A stretch of 55,723 bases of DNA, counting the filler, from Sphacelaria rigidula (taxonomy: Eukaryota): NCBI GenBank assembly GCA_964200075.2. It is 4 parts of 4 records of this genome, joined end to end, with 100 filler letters (N's around TTAATTAATTAA, not from the genome) between each part and the next. Parts side by side here need not be neighbours in the genome. Positions count along the whole stretch, not along the records: positions 13,959 to 27,815 come from CAXNAA020002629.1; positions 27,916 to 41,769 come from CAXNAA020002630.1; 2 more parts are not named here. The stretch is one strand, 5' to 3'. A program made the position numbers and the translations under genes. This document shows, in pieces, positions 21,782 through 33,800 of this stretch (its first letter is position 1; each line of letters opens with the position of its first letter). Below the pieces are notes generated by a model, which did not search any database, was not told where the DNA came from, and saw nothing but the letters and a program-made list of their open reading frames with translations.

Positions 21782-24700
21782 CTACACTAAAGATTTGCTC
21801 AAGAAATTTCGGGGCTTGCGTCGTAGGCTCCGCGCGATCATCTCCTCCTCTGTGCCCATAGACTCGAATCCCATGCTCTTGTACAACGCCACGGCGATGT
21901 CATTTCCCTGATGATGAATATTGTCACGAGTAACACCGCGATGCGGTCGAGGGTGGGAAAAGACAATCGATTTTGTTGAATACTACGTACAATTTAACCG
22001 ACGACTCCATAATATTTCAGAGAACGCTATGTGAGGCACTGAATTAGCAACGCGTTCATTTCCTCCACACGGATACTGTAGATAGCAGCACTTACCGTAA
22101 CAAAATGTGTGAAATTGAGAGAACGATACAGCGCGCTGAATCTGTCGCAACACATCTACCTCGACTGCCGCACACTTCCTCTGTCCCATGAGTCTGGGTT
22201 GTTATGGGGTGCAGGTTGTATCTCCCGAACGGGTACAGTTCCGATGCTACAGTCAGGATCGATGAATAGATGAAATTATGGAGATGCTCATAGAAAAGAA
22301 AAACTACGAAAATTTGAACGTATTGTATACACAATCTCGGGTCAGAATTGACTCAATTTTGGCCGCTTCGTCCGGCTCCAGCCAAGTCCGACCGATTTCT
22401 GCCATTTTCGTGCTAGACAAAAGTGATGACGTGACAAATGTGGCTCAGGACGAGACGTAGCTCGCCTCTGTACAAGAAGAGAGCTAGAATGAAGACTTTT
22501 TTTTTGCCCACCTTATATTCCGGTTTGTTTCTTTGCCCCCGTAGAAGAGACGAAATACGGCCATTTCCGGGTCGACTGATTGTTTAGCGGCCGTTCACCG
22601 TCATGTGTTCTTGAACCGCTAGAAAACCAAACACCTTCGCAAACCGTCCGGGAAGCGTTGGTGGTTCTGTGATAGTGCAGGAAATGTTATCAAAGAGTAT
22701 CAAAGGCTCTCAACGTGTTGGTTTGCCTCGCCGAAAGTTTCACTCGGGGCGTATGTTATAGGAAAAGATGGTGAGCGAAATGTGGAATTGCGAAAGTCTG
22801 ATTTAATGGGTCCACGCCTTTCGTGTCCACCCCAAGTGCAATTCTCTGTTATGCCTCGTAAGGGATGCGTGGTCAATGGTGTAATGCGTGAGAGGACCGC
22901 GTGCGTAGAGGACCGCGCCGTGGCTCGAAACACCTCACGATCGACGTTTTCCAAAACCGATCGGGCCAGTCCCTGCAGGGACCACGCCCCTGACCCAAAC
23001 CCCAACACTAACCCTAACCCTAACGATAGGGATGTTCAAATTCCGATGCGGTCCTCTAAGCATGCGGTCCTCTCACGCATTACAAATGGTCAAACGACTA
23101 AGGCAAACAACAAATGAGCACGCCCCCCTCCCCCCGAGTGCTACTTTCTTTTCCTCGTTCTTCTGCTTCTTACCAGTAAGGTCGGAAGCAATCACTTCAG
23201 TAAAAAAAACAAAAATCAACGGGAATAGGACACGAAAAACAACGTTATGCCACTCAGATGAAGCCCGACGGATATAATGTGCCATCGTTGAAAACGCGCG
23301 CTCGACAGTCCAACGTATACCCTGGTACCTACAGACACATGCTCGACGCCGGATACGTTGAGAAGTTGCCAACGTCTACATCAGTACCACGCACTGCTTT
23401 TGAGCGGAGTTGGCACGATATTTGACGAGCAGCAGCGATCTGCGTGAAAGTTCGTCATAATGTTTCGTACAAGAAGGGTCAGTTTCTACTCGACGCATTT
23501 GTCCGACAGCAAGGCTGCTTCAGTTTGTGATCGATTGGCATAACGCTGTGTGCACAAACCAATGTGTTGATTGCCAATTACGCTCTGAGCTATCGGAAGC
23601 CGTATCAGCCGCAGTGTATCTTGTGATCACCGTGTGGACAACTTGGAAATAGGGAGTGCTATTTGATGTTGGATGGTTGACATTCCCCGCATTTTTTCGC
23701 TGTGCGTTTGCAAATTTGATCAGAGCCGAACCGCGCAAAACGGGCGATTTTGCGCTGAATCAATTCCGCGGCCTTTGTTTATTGGCCCAAGCCATTTCAA
23801 CAAGACACGCTATGAGAGGTGCCCATGGATTGACAGACAGCGGACTTAACCCACGCGATCAGCGCACGACCAAATACGTGCACCACCACCGAACTTAGCT
23901 TTTGTCAAGATACCGATTGACTGCTGAGCTAAACAGTCAGCGCTGGCTGTATAGCTCAGCAGTCAATCGGTATCTTAACATTCGTCACGATATGTATCAC
24001 AGCGATCAGGGCCTGTCTAATCGGGACGGAAACATTAGGGCGCGAAACCAATTGACAAACAGATCAGCGCCTACGACGACCACTTTCAAGTCTTCTGAAA
24101 AAACAAATCTGTCCAGATTTGCGAGCAAGTTCTAAGATGTGGCATCGACCACGTGCGTCTTACACGAAAACGAACACCTCTGGATAATGGCTCATTGTGC
24201 CGGGTACTCTCGGCGCGTACACCACTTATCGCCGTAGATGAATTTGGAACGAATTCGACCGAGACAAAGTGCATCGCATCCAGCTGACGAACAACTACGG
24301 CTCGAGCTATATAGTTGTGTTGTGGGCATTACATCTCTGCATGCCTTCTTCAGGTGCCCCGTCTGTGCTTTTTTTCGAGCATACTGCTTGTTTTGCGCAA
24401 ACTAATGTCCAAAAGTCTGTGTAGATTTTCTTTAATCGATTCGCGCAGAGAAAATGTTGTGAAATCTTCTTGAAGGTTGTACCTCCGCGGCCAAAATCAT
24501 GGGGCGTAAAATACGACGCGATCTTGATAGATTCAATTGTTTTATTCAGAAGAGCCATGACCTCACTGGCACAGCGTTCGAAGCGTGCAAACTCGGGAAT
24601 AATCGTCAAAGTCGAAAGTCCGCAATCTGCAGTAAAGTATTTTTCGCCCGCAGTACAAATACCCACCTGCTCAACGGACACATAGAGGCGATCCTCGTCC

Positions 24701-26557
24701 GGCCAGAGAGCCTTCACAATCTCCTCAGCGGAGGCCACCATCAGAGTTGCGATTCCTCTCCGTCGTTGGTTTTTATCCACCACAACGTTCGCTAAATACG
24801 CCACCTCCCGTTGCTTACTTCTCTTGGGCGAACGTTTCTGCTTGTTATCCGATGCCGCACTGATATCACCGTTCAAATCTTTGCCTTCGAGTTTGTCGTT
24901 GCTCGGTGAAGGTGGCGCGTTCAGGGCCCCCACCGCCGCCATTGCTCCCGCCGTATTTGCCGCTTCATTCCATATACCTCCCTCTGAACATTCCGAACTA
25001 TCTGAACTAGTGCTGCCGCTGCTGCCGCTGGGGTTGTCGTTTGTGTCCATCTTGGAAGTATCTGGCAGCGCGTTCGCGCGGAGAGGGCTCTGCTCGGAGG
25101 AGTTCGGCGGTGGCAGCATTCCGAGTTCAAGAAAGCCCACCACCTTATTGGAAGTAGTGTCTTCGACCACCACCATGCCGTGCTGTATCTCGTTTCGTGT
25201 CACACTGCCGAGCCTTCCGTTGATCGCCGCGAAGAAGGTGAACTCCTGTTATTCGTTTATGGTGGTGTGGTGTGCGTACAAACTAATGAAAAATCACGAG
25301 AGGCTGAGAGAGGGCGAATGCTGGTCATTACGAACAACTTCAAGTCAGGCCGAGCAACATAATCCGCTGCTTGACTTGATTCTTGTCTAAAAGGATTTTG
25401 CTTCATATTGTAGAGCCTTAGATGACATCAGCCTTCGACCAAGGGATGTCGGCCAATGAGATTTCACGAGTTTTTTCGTCGGATCAATCAGAAAACTGCG
25501 TGCCACTTTGCCCGTCTGTCTGCGGTATCACGCTCAGGAAACAAGCCAACGTACAAACATTGGTGCTACACTGCTGCTTTTTCATATCGATAGCGCTTAA
25601 GATGATACGGTTGCAATCGTACTGGCCTACAGGGTTGGATGGGTTGAGCGTTCGCCAAAGAGAATATCAAAAGCAACCCTCAGCAGCAGCCGAATTTTCC
25701 CGACACAGGGATACAATGGTGCCAACCCGGGAAATGAACCGTTGACACACCATTTTACAACAGTACTACGCGAATCGTGAACAAGACAAGTTGGCGATTT
25801 TTCCGCCTTCGGCTGACACTACGAACCCTTAACTGCAAAAAAATCGGCGCATTGCGTGAGACCACGGCTGGACCCCTGGGGGGTCAGTTAAAGTGCGACA
25901 ATCAATCAATCAAATAAATGTTGCGCTAGAGTCAGGGGATACCCGTCGGTACAACATCGAGAGCAAGAAATCCTCGGATCATCCGTTCTGCGCTTGCATT
26001 ACGTTTCCGACGACACCACCCAGATCACCCACGTGGAAAATCTGTAGCGGTAACATGTACCACTCATAAGGCCCTCGAAATGTATCCACGCATAAGTGCG
26101 ACACTGCTCGCATGTCGTCCTTCAAACTGGTGCGGACCCGCAAGCCCGTCGCCGCCTGGTTTGCCGCACTATTGAGGCTCATGCTGTTTAACACTTCCTG
26201 CTGCTCCTTCCGCTGCGATATCACCTTAGTCCAGCTTCCCCAGCTCCCCCGGCTGTTGCTGCTGCTACTCTTTTTTCCATCTCCTGGTGGCGGGTTTTGT
26301 TGCTGAGCCCCCGGTGGAGGTCGTTTCGCAGCGTTTCCAGCGTGCTCTGCATTGAACAATTGTTGCCGTGTTGCTATTGGTGTCTTGTTGCCGCCACCGC
26401 CGCCGCCGCTGCTGCCGGTGAAGTCGTTTCTTTTGTTGTTGATGTTTGTGACTGTAGTGGTAAAACGTGTCGTTGAGATGCTACATGGGGAAAATGCTAG
26501 GCTGGGAGAAACGCTGTAGAGTAGCAGAAACGGCAGTGCGGCTGCGGCTGCTGCCAT
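21782..26557 (-). CDS. GNAT-family (RimI-like) N-acetyltransferase, predicted plastid-targeted, 3 exons, ~409 aa
   Basis: Exons 26557-26033, 25245-24667 and 21907-21782 join in frame across phase-0 GT-AG introns. Motifs: VVGFLEL, AYLANVVVDKNQRRRGIATLMV (acetyl-CoA motif A), LYVSVEQ|GNDIAVALYKSMGF (motif B). The N-terminus is a signal peptide ending SLA-FSP (ASAFAP-type) followed by an S/T-rich transit peptide. Confidence 0.9.
22340..22620 (+). repeat. Dispersed repeat, second copy at ~48615-48900
   Basis: Shared aattgactcaa, tgccattttcgtgct.gaca, ggacgagacg, gcctctg.ac.agaag and acggccattt, in the same order. Confidence 0.75.
22880..23084. mobile_element. 205-bp TGT...ACA MITE with 5-bp TSD (AATGG), nested in another repeat
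   Basis: TIRs tgtaatgcgtgagaggaccgc / gcggtcctctcacgcattaca; aatgg at 22875-22879 and 23085-23089. Uninterrupted host copies at ~38820-38875 and ~55670-55723. Confidence 0.93.
23903..23980. repeat. 78-bp near-perfect palindrome in GNAT intron 2
   Basis: tgtcaagataccgattgactgctgagctaaacagtcagc|gctggctgtatagctcagcagtcaatcggtatcttaaca; 3 mismatches over 39 bp. Confidence 0.95.
25855..25918 (+). mobile_element. Retroposon 3' tail ending in (CAAT)n, within GNAT intron 1
   Basis: gagaccacggctggacc...cagttaaagtgcga followed by caatcaatcaatcaa; resembles the tails at ~14120-14231 and ~35985-36028. Confidence 0.5.
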
Positions 26558-27628
26558 TGTTGCTACGGGACAGCACGGCAGTACAGAAGTCACCTCCGCA
26601 CGCGCAGACAGTTGGGAACTCATGATCGCATGCATTAAGATATGACTCTGACATGCAAGTACAAACTTAAGGGTCAAACATGAAAATGACCGCAAGTGTG
26701 GGCGTTGAGGTGAGTGCGCCCGCGAAGCAAAACGACTGACACGAACAGGGTCATTGATATCAGCCACCGGCTAATTTTTTCTTGTGCTGCAGACTTTCTT
26801 CAGGTAAGCTGCTGCAGTCCCTCCGGACGGGGCGCCGATCCGTTGCTGCATACGTTGAACCGGAACCTGGAAAGTATGACGGCTGATCATGTATACGTAC
26901 TCGATCGTACTTGGATCTTCAGGTTTTTGAGTGTACTAATAGTAGCTTTGTGCGAATCCTCCGCTATTAGGAGCGGGTTTATACAACGCGCCCCCTGTGC
27001 CCCTCTTTGCTGCTGCGCGTTCTGTACCTACCACTGACATTTATTGAGGGATTGCTGACACCGAGGAGATCAGATACGTGTACTGTCTACATATATGAGG
27101 TATATGTACTGCTCACAGTCTAACAGTACCGCGCTGTAGTGTACTTACTGTCTGTACCGCGCTGTAGTGTACTACACATCGTCGAGAATCGTCCAGGCAT
27201 GCATAAGTGTACCCCAGTAGGAAGCACTACTGTAAATGCACCTTGTGTATCAAGTGATTTGTGGCAGTATAGTTTCTATCTGGTGTGCATGGCTCCTACA
27301 TAGATACTACCGTACGGATGTTATACTGTCTGTTGTACAGTCGGCGCATCCTGCTGTGAGAGTCGATGCGAACGACCGCATACCAATGTAGTATTCGTAT
27401 GCACATCTGGTTTCACCACAAGCCAGAAACAAAAGTGCTGTGTACAGTACAACAGTAAAGTACAGTACAGTATGTAGGGATGTGTATCGAGCTTCAACAT
27501 CGGCCTCATGTGATGCAGAGTGTCGCGATATATCAAGTATCAAATATATTGTTATGTAAATTCCAATGTAACAATCAAAGTTGACCTGATATGATGAATG
27601 GTATTGTAATACTGTTGTGTAATACATA

Positions 27629-27815
27629 GCCGATCGCCCCTGTGACTCAGTTGGTAACCTCGAAACCTTCTCACGGTTGGGTCGTAGATTCGAATCTCGG
27701 TGCAGTCAAACGATCTGGGATTTTTTCTCACACCATGCCCACCAACAGTAAACAGTGTTTTCGTGAGATTGAGAGTAGATGATACGATTGAGAGTGGCTT
27801 TGATCATTCGCTTTA
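27629..27815 (+). mobile_element. tRNA-derived SINE-like head with Pol III A and B boxes, truncated by a gap
   Basis: A box tgactcagttgg at 27643-27654; B box gattcgaatct at 27687-27697; no intact acceptor stem. The downstream motif tttcgtgagattgag...gattgagag recurs at ~19765 and, inverted, at ~20925-20967. Confidence 0.6.
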
Positions 27816-30800
27816 NNNNNNNNNNNNNNNNNNNNNNNNNNNNNNNNNNNNNNNNNNNNTTAATTAATTAANNNNNNNNNNNNNNNNNNNNNNNNNNNNN
27901 NNNNNNNNNNNNNNNGTCGACTCATCATACTAAAACCAAGTAATTTCCAGACGAATCATTATTTGTCCGACCCTTGCAATATTCCATGTGAAAAGCTTAG
28001 CCTTTTAGACGTCAACACATGAATGCAAACGCTCGCATACGTGGATCACCAACACACGACGCGTGAACCATTATTGCTTCCCCACGTTACGAGTACTCAT
28101 CGACGAATGATGACATGAATGGCGGCTGCTGTAAAGGGGGACTAACAACCTTCCCATAAATAGCTTCACGGTGAAAAGAGCCAGCGTAGCTTGGGAAGGA
28201 TTATGCTAGAATACAGCATGCTACATACGTAGATGGGCTCTTTCAGGGGCGAAGAGTACATACCGACCCAACTACCGCACAGCTAACCATCCAGACTTAG
28301 TCCATACGCAGCTATCAAGATCGTTGCGTACAGAATAAAGAGCAAATACCTAGCTGCGTAGAACATATAGGTGGTGTGATGCTTCCTCTCAGCATAAAAA
28401 TCAAGCTCTGCCATATTATTTTCTTTCACCTACTACACTTACTTGCCCGTAGCACAGACTGAATGTACTCCACGAGACCGAGTTCAGCGAGAGCCACGCA
28501 CTGAAGCAAGTCAATTACATGGATATTTTAGCCACCTTGTAGGTATTTACCTGGATCCCTGCCCCCCCATGGGTATCATCACATTCATGCCGTGTTCCAT
28601 ATCTTCAGGAGGGAGAAGCATGGCGCTCTCAATTCGCCACCAGAAAGCGAGATGCGCGCACCAGTGTTGTGGGTAGATCGATAGTGTACAGCGAAGATCC
28701 AATCCTCGAAAGATATCACTATACATAGCACAGGACAGTATGAGATTCAGAACAGAAATATGAATAAGCGTTGATGGAAAATGCCATTGTCATTTATTTC
28801 AAACCGTTGTATCTACTACACGTGTTTAACGCTTCGATAGCCCGGAGGTGTCCATCTGTCGACTCGGCATCATTTTCACTTGAAAAATGAACGTCATACG
28901 CTGTCCATCTGCGGGCGGTCAAACAGTTAACTGCTGTGAACCTAGTTCGTCGGTAAAATCCTAAACTCCGTTCGACCCGATGAGAAAACAAACTTACCGA
29001 GAAGTCAAAGAAGCACGTAGTCACTAAGATCCTGATTCAAAGCCTGAAGGCCACTTTCTCCGTACGACGAGTAGTCATCTAGTAATATGTGCAGGGTGTT
29101 GCGGGGTTGATTGCGCTTGCTTTGACCTTGCGCTTTTGCACCCCGTCACCGCGGCATGTTCTTCATTTCTTCATGAAGACATCGGCCAGAACGGGTCATG
29201 GGGAGAATCGAACCCTGAAACAGCTTGTGGGAAGACCTCACAATCTACAACTGTCTTCGTATGAGTATTTTCCATGACAAGTACTTCAATCCTCGACCTA
29301 AATGAGGATTGATGAGGGTGGTGAGCACCGAACAAAGCGTGCATCACAATCCAAATAATCAATCAGACTTCTACATTTACCTACGTGGGATGCAATCGAC
29401 CATTTCCCTCGGTGTTTTGTAATCTCGCCCTGGGGAGAATATCAAAACGGTTCCGTGATCCGTCCACAACAGTACATTCATAGGGCACGTGAGATAATCA
29501 TCCTTCTATCGTAGCTTTGTGTAATTCTCAGGCATATCCCGCTGCTTCTACACAGTAATATGAAGCCTACAGGAAAAGCCCACTTTCCTGAAACGAAATA
29601 AGATGTAACACCGTCAGGCCAAAAATTCAAGCAAGTTCACATTCGAAGTCTCCGATATCCCTCGACTTCTGGGTTATCTGATTTGCGTGATGCACACCTG
29701 GCCCAGCCTCATACCCCCGAGACTTCCGTCATCATCTATCAATATATGGAGGCGTTTTACGTGCTCGGTTGTGAGAAAAATGCAGTCGCACTGAAGAGAG
29801 GTGGTTTTGTCCGGAGCCACCTGCCACGAGCACAACAGCTTCGAGTCGCCAGCACTCGCAACAACAACGACACTATCAAGTGCTGCGGGGCACAAGTACC
29901 CGCTATATGTAGCAACCGTCTATAAGCGTACAAGTCACGCGGATCGAGCCAGACAGGAGACAAGACCAAGCTAGAGCCACAGCAGGTCAACCAACTCATC
30001 TTACCTAAGGGCACGAACGGCGATCGTTCAAAGAAAACTCATACTTCAACTAATGATCCAGGTAGGGCACCCCAGTTCAGTTCAGTAGCGCGCACCCGCT
30101 TGGCTAGCGTTACGAAACATACAATTGCGATTCCATCGGCCGTTCTTCAATCATGTACAGAGTGCGTTTTCCAAGCTTCAATGATAGGTTGCTAGGTTGA
30201 TGTCAGGGGGTGTGCTGTCGGGTATTTGGCCGATGAACTATACTGCGCTATACTACTCCACTTCTCATGAACCCGCTTACCGAACATTCCAACATTTCAT
30301 ACCGAGATAAAGTGGGGCATACACGCCACACAGCTGCGTTTCCCATCAACAAGGATAGCGACCTGCATTTCGGCACGACGTAAGCGTGTTCTGATGTAAT
30401 TGTAATGAAGGCTTTGAGGTACTCTTTTCTTCTGCAGAAAAGACATGATCAGTCAGAGAGTAATCGCAGTCGGTCGTCTCCTATCTCCGCTCAGGGCTCC
30501 TTCCGCTACTACTGTACTGTACTGTTTTACCATTGCCGGAACAAACAAATAGGTAGGTCCTTTACATGCTATACATACCTGCGTCCAGGTGACGGTTTAC
30601 ATTGCACTTCGCGTTCAAGCGGAATGTAAAATGTCGAGGCGTGCAGCTGCTCGGTGCTGCATGTACGGCAGCGTAAGTCCCACTACAGGTGGTGATTCCT
30701 CCCCCACGGCCCCCGCCAGCCCCACTCAGAACACCCACGCCCACCGGTCGCCCGCGCGTCGCCCCTGCTTCCCCCCCCCCCCCCCCTGCTCCTGCCGCCC

Positions 30801-30851
30801 CGCCCCTCTCATGCTATTCTCATCCTCCTCCTCTCATACCAGACTCTTTCA

Positions 30852-33800
30852 ATGGGCAACGATGCGAGCAGGTCGAGCACGAGGCGCACTGGCTCTTCTC
30901 ATACCGACCCAGCACATGTAAGCATCAGCGCATTTTATAGTAGCCCAAAGGGATTCAATCTAAGTATACACCGGTACTGTCTGCACTGTACTGCTGTATA
31001 GTGGTCCTATACTGCTATACTCACTGTCTCCTCTCCGCCTGTACTGTTCACAACGGTGTTCTGTGCTGCTGTACTTGTGCTTGCATGTACTGTTTTCCCT
31101 CGCCACCTGTACAGCACTGTTCAACCGAATTACGATCCTGTATTTTGGCCCTGGCGTAGCGCTTCGTGACCAGAAATATCTCGCCCTCTGTCTGACCAGT
31201 TATCGGCTTGTGGGTCTGAAGCACTTGGTGTAGCGTATTGTCCCGCCTGGTGCATTTTAGATCCCCCCCCCCCGTTTTTGTTCATGAGCTTCTAGATCAC
31301 AATCCCTCCAGGACATCTCTCCCCGTAGCACCCGACGATCTTTGCGTAGTCAAGAGCTTGACTTCTGCACCAAGCGGCTGATTATATTACACCGGCATTT
31401 CAACCCGCGTGCAAATTCGGTTTCGTTGCAACTACTGCATCCTGATCCAAACTTCCTAACTGGAACGTTGCCACCGCCAACTTGGATGTATCAGCCATGC
31501 TATGACAGAAATGCAGTCACGTTCGCCAGAGACACCCGATAGTTGTACGAAAACTGCACGCTACAAGTGGCATGTCGGAAAATGCGCCGCGGTATCATGA
31601 TACCTTTGCACGTCCCTTCGAAAATAGTGCACGTCCTTGACTGTCCTCGTCAACTGGGATATATGTATGAAATGCACGAAAGGGGGGTAGAGTGCCCGGC
31701 TCGTGTGTGGTATCAAACCTTGAAACCTTGTGCCCATTGAGTGTACCTCCGGCGAGCTTTTTTTATCTGTACCGGCATTACCTGAAAACCAGCCGGTAGC
31801 CACCATAAACAGGATAAACATCAGTTGGCAGTGACAGATGGCTATTAAATCCGAGGCAAAATAGAGGGCGTTTACATTTCAGCAGAGTTTTATTACTGCG
31901 TGAGCAAACCCAAGCCAAAACCTAGCGCATGTACGCCAGCTTTACGGGTCATGTCGTTTCCGTAGTATCCCAGTACAGTGCAGTTTAGCGCAACACAACA
32001 ACAGTCACGCTTGCCTCTCTATTTTGTCCCACATGCATATCCGAGCATTACCACCAGAGCTTCAGAGTTTATACGATGAACCGCTTCGCTGGTTGCTGCT
32101 TGGATAAGTTGTCGATCCACACCAGACAAAGAGGTTGGGCCTCAAGTGGGTGACCTTCTTGACACCCCGACTCGTTGTTGAACGCTACACGGACATCTTT
32201 CGGGGGGAGGGGTTCGGAACAGTTGTTTCGGTGGACAGGCAACACTTGAAAGTCGCCACGCCTATACCACTTGTCACGGTCATTTGTAGGTATTCCGCCG
32301 CTAGCAGTATGATACACCTCCGTCTTGATACTGTTATACTGTACAGCAAAGCGTAGCGGTGATCGCGCCAGCAATACGTGAATGCTCACACGGTCATGAA
32401 TGCATGAAGATGCCAACACACAGCAGAACGATGTAATATCTTCAAAAAATATATTTCTGTATAGTGGTGTTGCCTTCGTTAACCCTTAGACCGCGAGGTT
32501 AGTCTTGTGTTGAATCGGCATCAACTTCGAGTGAAAAAAAGTATGCATGATCCAAAAAGACTATCTCGCGGTCTAAGGGTTACGGTGGATATCACCGCGC
32601 GCCAATTTTTGTTTTTTCAACACCCTGCTGTCTGACTATGATTATAGTGGGTACAGTGCCAGTTGACCACGCTGACTGTGCATGGATCCTGCCGGCCTCA
32701 TCATCAATCTTCACCGAGTTATGGAGTAACGCTCGAAGAAACCCAGCAAACAAGCATCGTTTATGATCCGCTATATATACGAGGGTTGGGAGGCGAACGT
32801 TTCCGCTCCAAAACGGTCGACAGCCGAAGGTTAAGCTCCTGTCGCGCGACCAGTGGGTAGCGCGACGGGCCCTTGCCGGCGTACCTGGTACTGGAGGCGA
32901 CATCCCGGTACAGACAGTCCCACCACTACCGTCACGGCCGTGCAAACAGGCTGGCAGCCGGAGTGGGCATTGCACTGGTATTCTTCTAGCCTTATCAGCT
33001 TAGATTATCTCCGCATTGGCTTTGCACGTGGATATTTAGGTGATTGCCTCAATTCCACTTCGGCCATATTTTGGCGACAAGCCACGATCTCACTGCCCAA
33101 CTTCATATGTAAAAATGGACAACCATGGACGACATATTTCTGTTCAGCTTTGAAAAATGTGTACTGCCGCCAGTACTGAAATCTGTTGTCGACTGCCGAA
33201 AACAGCACGGTGTCGAATGCGCGCAGTATACTGCGAGACGGTCCAGAAATCCCCACGCCGCGAAAGGTAACAGCAAGCTTTCGCGCCATAGCGCCTGTGT
33301 CCACAGCGACCTTCTCCCAATATACGGGCATCGATTATAGGAGCGGATGGCAGCGGAGGCGGATTTCACTCACAGCATCGAGCACGTTGTACCGCTACGG
33401 GCCTCACTGCTGCGGGTGGTGCGCAGTAAAACACAGGCGGTGAGCAGCATATGATGTGCTGTACTGACTGTACTGTTTCACATGTGTTCAGACCAATGCG
33501 CACGGGGTGGGGCCCGCATGTACATAACCCTCCACGAACTTCGTCGTGTACTATCGTCGTGGCATAAATTTTCAGCAGAAATCGCTTGCGATCTATGCTG
33601 TTACATAACTCGTAAGTGATGCAGCTTCCTCCACATACGCAATCCGCCCGTGAGGCGAGCTCTTGATGCTGGAAGTGCCCACCCCTCTTTCCGTGATGAT
33701 GTCCAGTCTTGGGCTTAGACAATTGAAACCTCGGAATATGACAGTAACTACTAGAAGGTACATATGCCGGCACTCATGCCTCCATATTATCGAAAAATAA

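Noticed and set aside
22072..22246. Extra GNAT exon in intron 2
   Set aside because: Splice-like signals exist, but exon 2 joins exon 3 directly to give an intact motif B; an insert there would break it.
24824..25390. 188-aa plus-strand ORF
   Set aside because: Antisense shadow of GNAT exon 2.
27636..27710. Functional tRNA gene
   Set aside because: The A and B boxes are degenerate, I could not form an acceptor or anticodon stem, and it continues into a dispersed repeat, so it is called SINE-like.
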